In this document: positions 8,373 through 19,018 of the stretch, piece by piece
How positions within the stretch are numbered: the stretch's first letter is position 1
Layout: every line of letters begins with the position of its first letter
DNA from: Bacteroidia bacterium
Lineage (GTDB): Bacteria > Bacteroidota > Bacteroidia > NS11-12g > UBA9320
Assembly (NCBI GenBank): GCA_044339595.1
Contig: JBIIVF010000003.1
Location: forward strand, 1 to 50,000
Length of the DNA stretch: 50,000 nucleotides
Reading direction: 5' to 3'
The notes under the pieces: model-generated
Told to the model about the DNA's origin: nothing
Databases searched by the model: none
Seen by the model: the letters and a program-made list of their open reading frames with translations, nothing else
Translations under genes and position numbers: made by a program

Positions 8373-11300
8373 ATGATTTCAAAAAGCACATTGAGATTTT
8401 TTCTTTTAGGGGTGTTTTTGACGTTGACAGGAGATTGTATTGCCCAATATACAAATAGCTTAATTACAAATAGGGGTAGCTTTTATGACTCTACATTTAT
8501 AATGATTGATTTTAGCACGCCCAATCCACATTTTGACACCTTTGCCAATGGAAGCATTTATCATATATTTCCAATTTATGATATGCAGGGCAATCGGGTG
8601 TTTGGCACGAAGAACTATGACCATATTTTGCAATTTAAACAAGGAGTTTGGGAAACTGTTTTTACCTTGGAAGAAACACATTTTAAAAGAAATGGAAATC
8701 CTACCCCCAAATACTTTGAATTGTTTTGTGTTAATGATAATACCGATACTTTTATTTTAAAAACGCATATAGATGATTTTAAACAATTTGAAGATTACGA
8801 TACTATAGATTATCATTTATTGATTAAGGATAAAGATAAATATAAATATGCAGGCTTAATGCATACAGAATTATCAAATCATGCATTAAATTCACTTAAT
8901 CCTCATGGTCCAATGTTACTACTCAACACAGATTCAAGTTCGGATGCTTGGATAATTGGAGAAAGGGCTTTCGATTATAAATTTCAAAGTGTAAATTTTG
9001 ATTGGACTAAATATGTGTTGTTTAAATACAGTGGAGGCCGAATTGAAAGGAAGAATGATTTAATATTGGATAGTGCACACTTCCCTGAATTATTCAAACA
9101 GATTGTTTGTCCGAGTTCATATCGATTAGGCACAACGGGATGGACAGGGCACCGACCCAACGCCCCTATCTTTAATCATGCCAGAACTAAAATGCTTTTA
9201 AGGGCAGGTCGCGTCCCCATTGATCCGAAACCTGATTTTGTCTCAGATGACAGTATTTATTTTTTACAATTTGATTTCGATGCTGTAACGGGCGATATCT
9301 CATTTGACAAGGTAATATATAGGTATAAACACTGTAAATTAACCGGCGTACGAAAAATACCCAATTGCGAGTGCTTTGATGCCTTCCCGCAGTTCTATAG
9401 CCCCGATGATCAGGTGTTATATGCTTACGCTTATGGGGGCTATTATCCTAGCAAAGGCTACGGCTATAGATTGGACAGTATTAACCAAGTTTATCTCACT
9501 GATTGCTACATTCTTCAATTTGATGTTAATTCCAAAGAAAATGAACCAGTCGGAGTTATTCCATTAAATTCGTTTATTGATTCAAAAAATTTCACTATTG
9601 ACCTTAAATTTATTGGGCCTGATGCAAAATTATATATAATGCCTTACGTTTGGACACCTAAACCCAATTCATTCAGTTATCAAAAAATGTATAGATTGAA
9701 ATTTCCTGATAAATTAGGGGCCCTTTCCCAATTGGAAATTGTAAAAGATACATTGTTGAGTACAAACAATTGGAGGGGAAACCACCAAGACCATCCCTAT
9801 TTATCCTTAGATGTCAGGGAAACCAAGTGCACACAAAAAGTGGCTTTCAACAATCAAAGTCCACCCAATCGGTATGAAAAATTTATGCTGTTTTTCGGAG
9901 ATGGAGATAGTGCCGTTTTAAAGAATTCTCATGACAGTGTAAATCACACCTACAAGAACCCCGGCACCTACGCCATCTGGCTCCGTGCAACCACAGCACA
10001 TGGTTACGTGCAATGGCGGGAGTATGAGCATACCGTCGGTGTTGCCCACACTGTGCCTAAAGCGGTTTTTACATCCGCTGATACCGCCGGTTGTCAGTGG
10101 ATAGCTTTTCAATTTCAGGATAAAAGTGAGGTGCGATATAAATATAAACCGGTAACCTATACCTGGCTTTTTGGAGATGGAAATGATACAATGATCACCT
10201 ACCCGCAATGGCCTCCTCAAAATCCCACCTCTGTGATACATACTTATACCAAAGATGGTTTGTATCCGGTAAGCTTAGTGGTTTACGATGGTTATTGTGC
10301 CGATACAGTAACGATGAACCGGGAGGTGCGTATTTTGCCGGCCCCACAACCGGGTATTACTCTGAATGCCTTAAGTGGATGCAGTCCGTTGGGTGTAACT
10401 GCCGCGCGTACTTATGCAGATCCCATCGACAGCCTGAACTGGAACTGGGGAGATGGACAAACTTCAACCGTTTTCAACAATCCGGCCGAAGCGAGCCATA
10501 TATATAATCATTCCCAAACAACGGATCAAAAGTACACTGTAATACAAACTTTGTTTGGCCCAACCGGATGTGTCACCCAAGATAGTCAGGAGATTTCGGT
10601 TCGTCCCGGTTTTGAAAAGGATTATATTCCATCCCTCATCCGGGCCTCGGTAGAAGGAGAAAAAGAAGTGCAGGTTCAATGGCATAAGCATGAAAATGCA
10701 ACATTTTACCATCTCTATAAAAACAGCGAATTCTTCATAAAATGGTCGGATACTATTTTTAAGGAGCCGTTTAATTCGCCAAGACAAGACTATTATCAGA
10801 TTGAAGCCGTGAATGTCTGTGACCAAAAGAGTCCAATGAGCCGGATAGGGAAACTGATCGAGTTGCAAGGTCAAACGCAGAACAACCGGGTGGCACTGTT
10901 GCAATGGACTGCTTATGAAGATTGGCCGGATGGGGTTGCTCACTATCGTGTTGAAACCAAAAGAAACGGCGTATTTGAGACGCTGCATCAAACGGGTGTA
11001 AAAGAGTACACCGATAATGAATATATCGAAAGTGGTGCTTATGAACGTTGTTATCGCATTGCAGCGGTGCGCGCCGACAAGACGGATATCATCAGCCATA
11101 GCAATACCCTGTGCCTCGAATATGAATCCGTCATTTTCGTACCCAACGCCTTTAGTCCGAATGATGACGGAGTAAACGATGAGTTCGTACCTTTCAATAT
11201 TGGGTTAAAGGAATATACATTAAGCATCTACAATCGTTGGGGTGAAAAAATATCAGAAGGAAAACTATGGGATGGAAAAATAGCCGGCCAAGCGGTTCCC

Positions 11301-11387
11301 AATGGTCTTTACATTTACAGAATCACCGGCAAGACCGGAAAGGATGAACAAGTTTTTATGCAAGGAGAAGTGATGGTGGTGAGATAA
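8373..11387 (+). CDS. PKD-domain surface protein with gliding-motility-associated (T9SS type B) C-terminal domain
   Basis: Signal peptide from ATG 8373, with TACATTTG upstream at 8329. Propeller-like N-terminus, three F/WGDG PKD repeats, FN3-like segments, and IFVPNAFSPNDDGVND...IYNRWG...WDG. Confidence 0.85.
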   Translation: MISKSTLRFFLLGVFLTLTGDCIAQYTNSLITNRGSFYDSTFIMIDFSTPNPHFDTFANGSIYHIFPIYDMQGNRVFGTKNYDHILQFKQGVWETVFTLEETHFKRNGNPTPKYFELFCVNDNTDTFILKTHIDDFKQFEDYDTIDYHLLIKDKDKYKYAGLMHTELSNHALNSLNPHGPMLLLNTDSSSDAWIIGERAFDYKFQSVNFDWTKYVLFKYSGGRIERKNDLILDSAHFPELFKQIVCPSSYRLGTTGWTGHRPNAPIFNHARTKMLLRAGRVPIDPKPDFVSDDSIYFLQFDFDAVTGDISFDKVIYRYKHCKLTGVRKIPNCECFDAFPQFYSPDDQVLYAYAYGGYYPSKGYGYRLDSINQVYLTDCYILQFDVNSKENEPVGVIPLNSFIDSKNFTIDLKFIGPDAKLYIMPYVWTPKPNSFSYQKMYRLKFPDKLGALSQLEIVKDTLLSTNNWRGNHQDHPYLSLDVRETKCTQKVAFNNQSPPNRYEKFMLFFGDGDSAVLKNSHDSVNHTYKNPGTYAIWLRATTAHGYVQWREYEHTVGVAHTVPKAVFTSADTAGCQWIAFQFQDKSEVRYKYKPVTYTWLFGDGNDTMITYPQWPPQNPTSVIHTYTKDGLYPVSLVVYDGYCADTVTMNREVRILPAPQPGITLNALSGCSPLGVTAARTYADPIDSLNWNWGDGQTSTVFNNPAEASHIYNHSQTTDQKYTVIQTLFGPTGCVTQDSQEISVRPGFEKDYIPSLIRASVEGEKEVQVQWHKHENATFYHLYKNSEFFIKWSDTIFKEPFNSPRQDYYQIEAVNVCDQKSPMSRIGKLIELQGQTQNNRVALLQWTAYEDWPDGVAHYRVETKRNGVFETLHQTGVKEYTDNEYIESGAYERCYRIAAVRADKTDIISHSNTLCLEYESVIFVPNAFSPNDDGVNDEFVPFNIGLKEYTLSIYNRWGEKISEGKLWDGKIAGQAVPNGLYIYRITGKTGKDEQVFMQGEVMVVR

Positions 11388-11558
11388 TAGCACCCAGTTC
11401 ATCGCAGCACTCCCGGCAAATAAGATCTCAAGGATATACCTTTCGTTTTGATGCGGGATGCACGCCTTCTTAAGCTACTTTTTAGAAATAATTATTTCTT
11501 ATCGAACCCTTTACTGCCACTTTTCAACATCATTCCTGCTTACCTCTAAAAAAATTAG

Positions 11559-11566
11559 TACGTTTG
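11559..11566 (+). promoter_or_regulatory. -7 promoter element TACGTTTG, 4 nt before the rarA ATG
   Basis: Exact match to TAnnTTTG. Confidence 0.6.
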
Positions 11567-11570
11567 AGGG

Positions 11571-12848
11571 ATGGAAAGTACACCCCTGGCTGAGAGAATG
11601 CGGCCGGTCAAATTGGATGATTTCTTTGGACAGGAGCACATTGTTGGTCAAAACAAACCATTGAGAAGGGCCATTGAACAAGGCATGGTGCCTTCCATGA
11701 TTTTATGGGGTCCGCCCGGGGTTGGAAAAACAACCCTGGCCGGCATCATCGCCGAAACGGTAAAACGACCTTTCTTCAAACTCAGCGCCATCAGCAGTGG
11801 TGTAAAGGATGTGCGTGAGGCCATCGAAAAAGCGGCAAAATTCCGATTGATGGGACAAGCCGGACCCATCCTTTTTATTGATGAAATCCATCGTTTTAGC
11901 AAAAGTCAACAAGATGCGCTATTGGCTGCTGTTGAAAAGGGTACGGTTGTTTTGATCGGTGCCACTACCGAAAATCCATCTTTTGAAGTGAATGCGGCTT
12001 TGTTGAGTCGTTGTGAGGTTTACGTACTTCGATCTCTGGAACAAGATGATCTCAAAAAAGTAGTGCATCATGCCATCGAAAAAGATGATCTCATGCGCAG
12101 GCTGCAAGTTGAAGTGGTTGAATGGGAAGCCCTGTTTTCAATATCCGGCGGTGATGCCAGAAAAATGTTGAATGCACTCGAGTTGGCAGCCCTGCACAAT
12201 GAGGGGTCGCCACGCACGCTCGATAACGAAAAAATCCGTCAAACAGTGCAGGAAAAACTGGCGATGTTCGACAAATCCGGAGAAATGCACTATGACATCA
12301 TCTCTGCGTTGATTAAATCCATTCGAGGAAGTGATCCCAATGCGGCTTTGTACTATCTGGCCCGCATGCTGGAAGGGGGCGAAAAACCTGAATTCATTGC
12401 CAGAAGATTGCTGATTTTAGCCAGTGAAGATGTCGGCAATGCCAATCCGACCGCTTTTGTGATGGCCAACAATTGTTTTCAGGCGGTGCATGTAATCGGG
12501 TTGCCCGAAAGTGACATCATTTTGTCTCAAACGGTCATCTATCTGGCCACTTCGCCTAAAAGCAACAGTGCCTATACGGCCATAAAAGATGCGCGAAGAA
12601 AAGTAAAGGAAACGGGTGATTTGCCGGTGCCGCTCTCATTGCGCAATGCCCAAACGGCCTTGATGCGCAATATGGGTTATGGTAAAGATTACGCCTATTC
12701 ACATGATTTTCCGAACAATTTTGTTCAACAAGAATTCATGCCGGACGGATTGGAAGGGACGGCCTTTTTTATCCCGGGAAGCAATGCCCGAGAGGAAGAA
12801 ACCCGAACATTTTTGCGCAAACGATGGAAAGATAAATACGGATATTAA
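11571..12848 (+). CDS. rarA: Replication-associated recombination protein A (MgsA AAA+ ATPase)
   Basis: PLAERMRP, Walker A GPPGVGKT, FIDEIHRF, GATTENP and KSIRGSD motifs. Confidence 0.95.
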   Translation: MESTPLAERMRPVKLDDFFGQEHIVGQNKPLRRAIEQGMVPSMILWGPPGVGKTTLAGIIAETVKRPFFKLSAISSGVKDVREAIEKAAKFRLMGQAGPILFIDEIHRFSKSQQDALLAAVEKGTVVLIGATTENPSFEVNAALLSRCEVYVLRSLEQDDLKKVVHHAIEKDDLMRRLQVEVVEWEALFSISGGDARKMLNALELAALHNEGSPRTLDNEKIRQTVQEKLAMFDKSGEMHYDIISALIKSIRGSDPNAALYYLARMLEGGEKPEFIARRLLILASEDVGNANPTAFVMANNCFQAVHVIGLPESDIILSQTVIYLATSPKSNSAYTAIKDARRKVKETGDLPVPLSLRNAQTALMRNMGYGKDYAYSHDFPNNFVQQEFMPDGLEGTAFFIPGSNAREEETRTFLRKRWKDKYGY

Positions 12849-13876
12849 TGAAAAACACCATAGATTACAGAAGTGATACGGTCACACGACCCACCGCAGC
12901 CATGAAGGATTTTATGTTTCAGGCTGAAGTAGGGGATGATGTGTATGGCGAAGATCCGACGGTAAAAGCGTTGGAAGAAAAAATTTCGACCCTATTCGGG
13001 ATGGAGTCCGCGTTGTTTTGTCCCAGCGGTACCATGACCAATCAGATTGCTTTGGCCCTGCATACCCGTCCCGGAGATGAGGTGATTTGCAGCAATCTTT
13101 CCCATATTTATTTATATGAAGGATCGGGAATGGCCGTACATGCCGGTATACAACCCAGATTGATTGCCGGAAACAGAGGTAGAATATCTGCAAATCAGGT
13201 AGAATTGGCCATCAATCCTGACGATGTGCACAAAGGCAGAAGTGCCTTGGTAAGCCTTGAAAATACAGCCAACCGCGGTGGGGGTAGCTGCTATGAAATG
13301 AACGACCTACGGGAGATTCGGGCGGTTTGTCAAAAACACGGCATTGGCCTCCATTTGGATGGTGCCCGGCTCTTTAATGCCATCATAGCCAAAGGTCAAA
13401 ACGCAAAAGAATACGGTCAAATTTTTGATACCATCAGCATCTGCCTGAGCAAAGGATTGGGTGCGCCGGTGGGCAGTTTATTATTGGGGAACAAGAACCA
13501 TATTCATCAGGCCAAGCGCATCAGAAAACGCATGGGCGGCGGAATGAGACAGGCCGGGATGTTAGCGGCGGCGGGCATGTATGCCTTGGATCATCATGTC
13601 GACAGACTCGCAGAAGATCATCAACATGCTTTGATGCTGGAGCAATCACTTCAGGCTTGTGCTGCAGTGCATCAAGTGATGCCTGTTGAAACAAATATTG
13701 TGATTTTTGATTTAAAGGAAGGCCTTCTGGCCGGGGATGTATGCCAGGCTTTTAAAGATCATGGAATACTGATGTCGGCCATTTCGAATCAACAGATCAG
13801 GCTGGTTACTCATCTGGATATTTCAGCAAGCGATGTTGAATTAACCATCGCTATGATCAAGAAATTGTTGAACTAA
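12848..13876 (+). CDS. ltaE: Low-specificity L-threonine aldolase (PLP)
   Basis: DYRSDTVT, GDDVYGEDPT, HLDGAR and LSKGLGAPVG motifs. Confidence 0.9.
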   Translation: MKNTIDYRSDTVTRPTAAMKDFMFQAEVGDDVYGEDPTVKALEEKISTLFGMESALFCPSGTMTNQIALALHTRPGDEVICSNLSHIYLYEGSGMAVHAGIQPRLIAGNRGRISANQVELAINPDDVHKGRSALVSLENTANRGGGSCYEMNDLREIRAVCQKHGIGLHLDGARLFNAIIAKGQNAKEYGQIFDTISICLSKGLGAPVGSLLLGNKNHIHQAKRIRKRMGGGMRQAGMLAAAGMYALDHHVDRLAEDHQHALMLEQSLQACAAVHQVMPVETNIVIFDLKEGLLAGDVCQAFKDHGILMSAISNQQIRLVTHLDISASDVELTIAMIKKLLN

Positions 13877-14289
13877 TCCCCGTAATACTCCACATAATTG
13901 TTGTGGGTCTCCCAAAGTCTGACGCAATGTAGCTGGCACCCAACAAGGTGCGGCTCAATCTGATCCCAAATAGCCGTGGCCAGATTTTCAATCGAAGCCA
14001 TCTTGCCCTCCATAAAGTCAACATCGGTGTTGATGTTTTTATGGTCGAGCCGGTCAATGACATGCTCATGAATGATCTGTTTGAGCACTTTAAGATCCAT
14101 CACAAATCCGGTTTCTTCATTCGGATATCCCTTTACGGTTACGTATAAATCGAAATTATGTCCATGCCAGTTTTTGTTGGCACATTTCCCGAAAACTGCT
14201 TCATTTTTCTCTTCACTCCATGCGGGATTATAGAGTTTGTGGGCAGCATTGAAATGTTCTTTACGCGTGATGAACAAAAGACGTGGCAT
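13873..14289 (-). CDS. queD: 6-carboxytetrahydropterin synthase / 6-pyruvoyl-tetrahydropterin synthase
   Basis: FNAAHKL, CAN..HGHN, LDH, ENLA and WET motifs. TACCTTTG upstream at 14305-14312. Confidence 0.85.
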   Translation of the reverse strand: MPRLLFITRKEHFNAAHKLYNPAWSEEKNEAVFGKCANKNWHGHNFDLYVTVKGYPNEETGFVMDLKVLKQIIHEHVIDRLDHKNINTDVDFMEGKMASIENLATAIWDQIEPHLVGCQLHCVRLWETHNNYVEYYGD

Positions 14290-14408
14290 ATTTCAAAATT
14301 TTGGCAAAGGTAGTGTCGGCAATTGAATTTTACGATCAATATACACATCAAGCCAAAATGTAGTAGTAAACAATGCCTCAAAGCAGTAATTTTGAAATGA
14401 GAAAAATT

Positions 14409-15368
14409 ATGGTAATTGCAGTTACAGGCGCGGCAGGTTTCATTGGCAGTTGTTTGGTATCCAAACTCAATGATCTCGGATATGAAAATCTAATTTTAGT
14501 TGACGCATTTGATGGCGGATCTAAACAACAAAATTTGGTGGGGAAGCGCTTCGACATCAAATTGGATCGCCAGCTTTTTCCAAATGAGAATCTGCATCCA
14601 ACCCCGGATGTTATTTTTCATATTGGTGCCAGAACAGATACCACTGAAATGGATACTTCCATTTTTGAAACTTTAAACATCGCCTATTCAAAAAAAATCT
14701 GGAAATATTGTACCGAACGGCAAATATCCCTGATTTACGCTTCTTCCGCTGCCACTTATGGCAACGGGGAATACGGATTTGATGATACACGCGACATTTC
14801 ATTGCTCAAACCCCTCAATCCTTACGGGGATAGCAAGCAAATCTTCGATCGTTGGGTAAAACAACAAAGCGAAACACCCCCTCATTGGCATGGATTTAAG
14901 TTTTTTAATGTGTACGGCCCCAATGAATATCATAAAGGGCGCATGGCATCGGTGATTTTTCATGCCTATCGTCAGATTTCTGAACATGGTACCATGAAGC
15001 TTTTCGAATCTCACCGTGAGGGAATTGCCCATGGAGAACAGAAACGCGACTTTATCTATGTAAAAGACTTGTTGGAGGTACTGTTGTTCAGTTGGTTGAA
15101 AAAGCCGGAAAGCGGTCTCTACAATCTGGGAACCGGAAAAGCAAGGTCTTTCAATGATTTGGCCATGGCCATATTCGGAGCGTTGCATTTGCCCCCCCAC
15201 ATTGAATATGTTCCCACTCCTTTAGATATCCGAGATACCTATCAGTATTACACCGAAGCCACGATGACTAAATTGTGGAATTCGGGCTATCATACGCCAT
15301 TTTTGTCGCTGGAAGCTGGCGTGAGCGATTATGTACAAAACTATTTGAGCAAAGGCGCCTATTTCTGA
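14409..15368 (+). CDS. hldD: ADP-L-glycero-D-manno-heptose 6-epimerase
   Basis: TGAAGFIGS, YASSAATYG, YGDSK and FNVYGPNEYHKGRMAS motifs. Start chosen downstream of TAATTTTG 14387-14394; alternative starts 14373 and 14397. Confidence 0.92.
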   Translation: MVIAVTGAAGFIGSCLVSKLNDLGYENLILVDAFDGGSKQQNLVGKRFDIKLDRQLFPNENLHPTPDVIFHIGARTDTTEMDTSIFETLNIAYSKKIWKYCTERQISLIYASSAATYGNGEYGFDDTRDISLLKPLNPYGDSKQIFDRWVKQQSETPPHWHGFKFFNVYGPNEYHKGRMASVIFHAYRQISEHGTMKLFESHREGIAHGEQKRDFIYVKDLLEVLLFSWLKKPESGLYNLGTGKARSFNDLAMAIFGALHLPPHIEYVPTPLDIRDTYQYYTEATMTKLWNSGYHTPFLSLEAGVSDYVQNYLSKGAYF

Positions 15369-18300
15369 TGAGAAGAATCCCCATAGCATTTCGATGGATA
15401 TTGGCCGCACTGTTTTTTGTGGCTTTTTCGTGGGTGGTGGATCATTTGGGTAAAAGCGAACCTTCCCGTATTTCGAAAGCTGGTGAAATCCAATTTGGAC
15501 AGTTTCTCGAAATCAAAAGCAACTTTGGCAAAGAGCTCATCGCATTGCTAAAAGATGATCAGACCAAGAAGGATCTTGAATGGTTCAAACAAATCAAAAA
15601 ATTTGATGACGGCCATTGGGAAGTAATTTGTTTCAAGGCAGGTGACCCCTTCCGATGGACTTCTCCTGAGTTGGATTATGACACCTCTGCGGTTTATCAG
15701 GAATCCAATCATTTCTATTATACCAGAAACAAAGTGTATTGGGTCATTTCCGAAAAAGTTGGGGATGATTTGTTCCTGGCAGCCTATCCGGTGCAATACA
15801 ATGAACTGGGCAAAACCTTTCATCGCTTTCCAAGACCGGACAATCTGGAAGTAGATATTTCGGCAGACTCTACCAATACACGCATTCAGCTGTCGGATAC
15901 TTCTGTTTTTCTGAATGTTACAGAAGGACATCAAGGTTCGGTATGGGGAACATTGTTGGCCCTTTTAGCATTTCTACTGGTAGTCAGGGGCATTCAATTC
16001 GAGTCATGGAGGCAGGTGCCTTGGTATTATTTCCTGCTTACCCTGATGATGTTATTCTTGTTTCGCAAAGCGCTGTATGATCAACAAATAGCAGTTTGGC
16101 TTGCAGGACTAGAAATCATGGATCCCAAAATTTATGCATCATCTTTTCTACTTCCTTCCCTGGGGGATTTGTTGTTGCATGCGCTTTTTGCCGGTGTAAC
16201 CTTGTCGTTGATTTTTAGAATTGAATTGCCTCAGAATTTTCGAGCAGGGGGTGCTTTCAAAATCTCCGCGCTCATCATGTCAGTGGCTGCTTTTTTTGCA
16301 ACAGACATGGTGATTTCTTTGCTGAAGGGCCTGGTGCTCGATTCAAGCATTTCATTCGATCCTTCTAACATTGCCAATATCAATCGATACAGCTTACTTG
16401 CCTCTGTGGCTGCGGGGATGACGGTGTATCTATTGATCCGTTTGATCAGCGCAATTGTGCTCAACTATGGCTCGGTTTTCAAAACAGTCTGGATTCCTGT
16501 TTTGGGTTTGTTAGTATTTATTGCTTTCCAAATACTGGATGGACACCGAACGGCCCAATCACTCCTAATGCCGGCCCTGTCAGCGATCCTCATTGCACTG
16601 ATTTATGCAGGGTGGAGGTCGAAAAATGGCACCAGTGGTATGCTGATTATTGTGTCAGTAAGTGCCATCTTTACCACGGCCTGCTATTTCTATTATGGTA
16701 GATTGCATGAAAAGGAATTTCTGTCTTTCTATGCCAATAAACTCGTCACGGAAAAGGATGTTGAGGCTGAATACGAATTTACCCGGATTGAGAATAAGCT
16801 CGTTTCTGAATTCCTGGTTCCGGAAGATTTCAATAGCTATATCACCCGAAAAGATCAATTTGAAAAGCGTCTGAGGAGACTATATTTTACAGGATATCTC
16901 GATAAATACGACGTCAGGGTTTTTAGTTTCGACAGCCTGGGTCGGAGTATCGGTGGAGCGTCTCAATACAATTATCCTTATCTGAGCAAGTTGTATGACT
17001 TTAATGCCATGCCCACCATCAGCGATCACTTTTATCACATTAAAGATCCGTCGGTGGTCAATGGTTACATCGCTCGATTTGACAATTGTGATTTGGAAGG
17101 TCATAACGGTAGCTCCTTCCTGGTTCTGCAACCCAAGTTCATTCAGATACCTCACTTATTCCCCCGCTTGCTAAAAAAAGGGAAACCGCTATCCGGATAC
17201 GACGTTTCGCAATATTCTTATGCAATCTACGTATATGGAACCCTTCGTCATCAAAAGGGAGGATTTGCATATCCCATTCAACTTCGGAATGGGGGTGCTT
17301 TTGATGCAAAAAATAACCGACTCTGGAATGAGGATTACAAGCATTTTATCAATCGACATTCCGACATCGTTACGGTGGTATTATCCCGATCCATCAATTA
17401 CCTAAACCATGTTTTTTCCGTTTTTACTTTATTGTTTTTATTCTACTTATTGATCTTCTTTTTCTGGATGTTCGGGATTCGATTGCTGAATCTCATATTC
17501 AAGGAGACCGATGAAGAGGAAGTAAATAAAGTTTCCATGATTGCCATTTATGCTCAGAATACAGTGGGTGCAGGCATGGGGATGCTCAGTTCCAGAATAA
17601 GGATTGCCCTATCCGGGTTATTGATCGCGGGGTTGTTGGTTTCGGTGTATCTGACTTCCCAATATGTGCGCAGCAATTACAATGAACGGATGCGTGAAAA
17701 CATTACCTCTCATTTGCTTGAAGCATCGAATCAACTGCAAAATGAAGTGAACCTGGGTGTGAAGCTCAAAAATCAGGATGCAAGACAATTGCTCATAAAT
17801 CAACTAAGTGATTTAAATAAAAGTGTCTTTCATCTTTACAGCACAGAAGGCAGGTTGATTGCCACGAGCGAACCGCAGCTTTTCGATCAGAAGATCATGG
17901 GTAAATTGATGAATCCCATGGCGTTCAGTGTGATGAATGGTGAAAAGGTTTCGAAATTTCAACATAAAGAAACGCTGGCAGGTTTAGATTATCAAAGTGC
18001 CTATGTGCCATTGTTGGATGAGAACCGTGCCTTGCTCGCCTATCTGAATATGTCCTATTTTACTGAACAGGAAGAACTCAATCACGAGGTTTCAGACTTT
18101 ATGATGGCGTATATCAATTTATATTTCATCTTGTTTATCGCGGCTTTGGCCCTTGCATGGTTCATTTCAGAAAAAATAACACGTCCATTGACCATGATTC
18201 GCGAGAAGATTTCGCACATGGTACTCGGCAGTACCAATGAAATGATTGACTGGAAACAGAATGATGAAATTGGTCAATTGGTGAGGCAATACAATAAAAT

Positions 18301-19018
18301 GGTATTGGAGTTAGAAGAGAGTGCCCTTAAATTGTCAGAATCTGAAAGGGAAGGAGCCTGGCGAGAAATGGCGAGGCAGGTGGCGCATGAAATCAAGAAT
18401 CCGCTTACACCGATGAAACTCAACATACAGCATTTACAGCGCGCCTGGTATGACAAAAGTGATAAACTTGAACATACGTTTGAACGCGTTACCAAAATTC
18501 TGGTTGAGCAAATTGACAGCCTTTCTAACCTGGCTAGCAGTTTCAGTGATTTTGCCAAAATGCCCAATGAACGATTTGAGGTATTTGATCTTAGAATGGT
18601 GGTGAGCAATGCCATTCACCTGTTTGAAAAATCTTCCGAAGTACATTTTCATGCAGAAATGCCCGAACATTCGGCAGAAATCAGGGCAGACAAGGAGCAA
18701 ATTTCAAGGGTATTCAACAATCTTTTTAAAAACGCCATACAGGCCATTGTGCTTGAAAAAATTGGTAGAATTGAAGTGAAAATGCATTGTGTGGATGGAC
18801 GCATCATCACAGAAGTGTGTGACAACGGCTCCGGAATTGCTGACACCTTGAAAGATAAAATATTCGTGCCCAATTTCAGTACCAAAACATCCGGAATGGG
18901 GTTGGGATTGGCCATTTCCAGGAAAATTGTGGAAGTGAGCGGAGGGAGCATTCGTTTTGAATCCCACGAATCAAAAGGAACCTGTTTTATCGTTGATTTA
19001 CCGGAGTGGAAGTCATGA
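15368..19018 (+). CDS. Large multi-TM sensor histidine kinase (HAMP + HisKA + HATPase, NtrY-like)
   Basis: WREMARQVAHEIKNPLTP H-box, NLFKNA, DNGSG and GMGLGL. Many TM segments. ATG overlaps the hldD stop (TGATG). Confidence 0.9.
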   Translation: MRRIPIAFRWILAALFFVAFSWVVDHLGKSEPSRISKAGEIQFGQFLEIKSNFGKELIALLKDDQTKKDLEWFKQIKKFDDGHWEVICFKAGDPFRWTSPELDYDTSAVYQESNHFYYTRNKVYWVISEKVGDDLFLAAYPVQYNELGKTFHRFPRPDNLEVDISADSTNTRIQLSDTSVFLNVTEGHQGSVWGTLLALLAFLLVVRGIQFESWRQVPWYYFLLTLMMLFLFRKALYDQQIAVWLAGLEIMDPKIYASSFLLPSLGDLLLHALFAGVTLSLIFRIELPQNFRAGGAFKISALIMSVAAFFATDMVISLLKGLVLDSSISFDPSNIANINRYSLLASVAAGMTVYLLIRLISAIVLNYGSVFKTVWIPVLGLLVFIAFQILDGHRTAQSLLMPALSAILIALIYAGWRSKNGTSGMLIIVSVSAIFTTACYFYYGRLHEKEFLSFYANKLVTEKDVEAEYEFTRIENKLVSEFLVPEDFNSYITRKDQFEKRLRRLYFTGYLDKYDVRVFSFDSLGRSIGGASQYNYPYLSKLYDFNAMPTISDHFYHIKDPSVVNGYIARFDNCDLEGHNGSSFLVLQPKFIQIPHLFPRLLKKGKPLSGYDVSQYSYAIYVYGTLRHQKGGFAYPIQLRNGGAFDAKNNRLWNEDYKHFINRHSDIVTVVLSRSINYLNHVFSVFTLLFLFYLLIFFFWMFGIRLLNLIFKETDEEEVNKVSMIAIYAQNTVGAGMGMLSSRIRIALSGLLIAGLLVSVYLTSQYVRSNYNERMRENITSHLLEASNQLQNEVNLGVKLKNQDARQLLINQLSDLNKSVFHLYSTEGRLIATSEPQLFDQKIMGKLMNPMAFSVMNGEKVSKFQHKETLAGLDYQSAYVPLLDENRALLAYLNMSYFTEQEELNHEVSDFMMAYINLYFILFIAALALAWFISEKITRPLTMIREKISHMVLGSTNEMIDWKQNDEIGQLVRQYNKMVLELEESALKLSESEREGAWREMARQVAHEIKNPLTPMKLNIQHLQRAWYDKSDKLEHTFERVTKILVEQIDSLSNLASSFSDFAKMPNERFEVFDLRMVVSNAIHLFEKSSEVHFHAEMPEHSAEIRADKEQISRVFNNLFKNAIQAIVLEKIGRIEVKMHCVDGRIITEVCDNGSGIADTLKDKIFVPNFSTKTSGMGLGLAISRKIVEVSGGSIRFESHESKGTCFIVDLPEWKS

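Noticed and set aside
7301-11387. Diversity-generating retroelement or invertible shufflon acting on the surface proteins
   Set aside because: I saw no reverse transcriptase, template/variable repeat pair, recombinase or flanking inverted repeats.
15275-15367. Extended kinase start, and similar over-long starts for ccmB, rdgB, 8389, 8325, greA, SRPBCC and upp
   Set aside because: They overlap neighbouring genes or lie upstream of the -7 element. Shorter starts give proper signal peptides or coupling.
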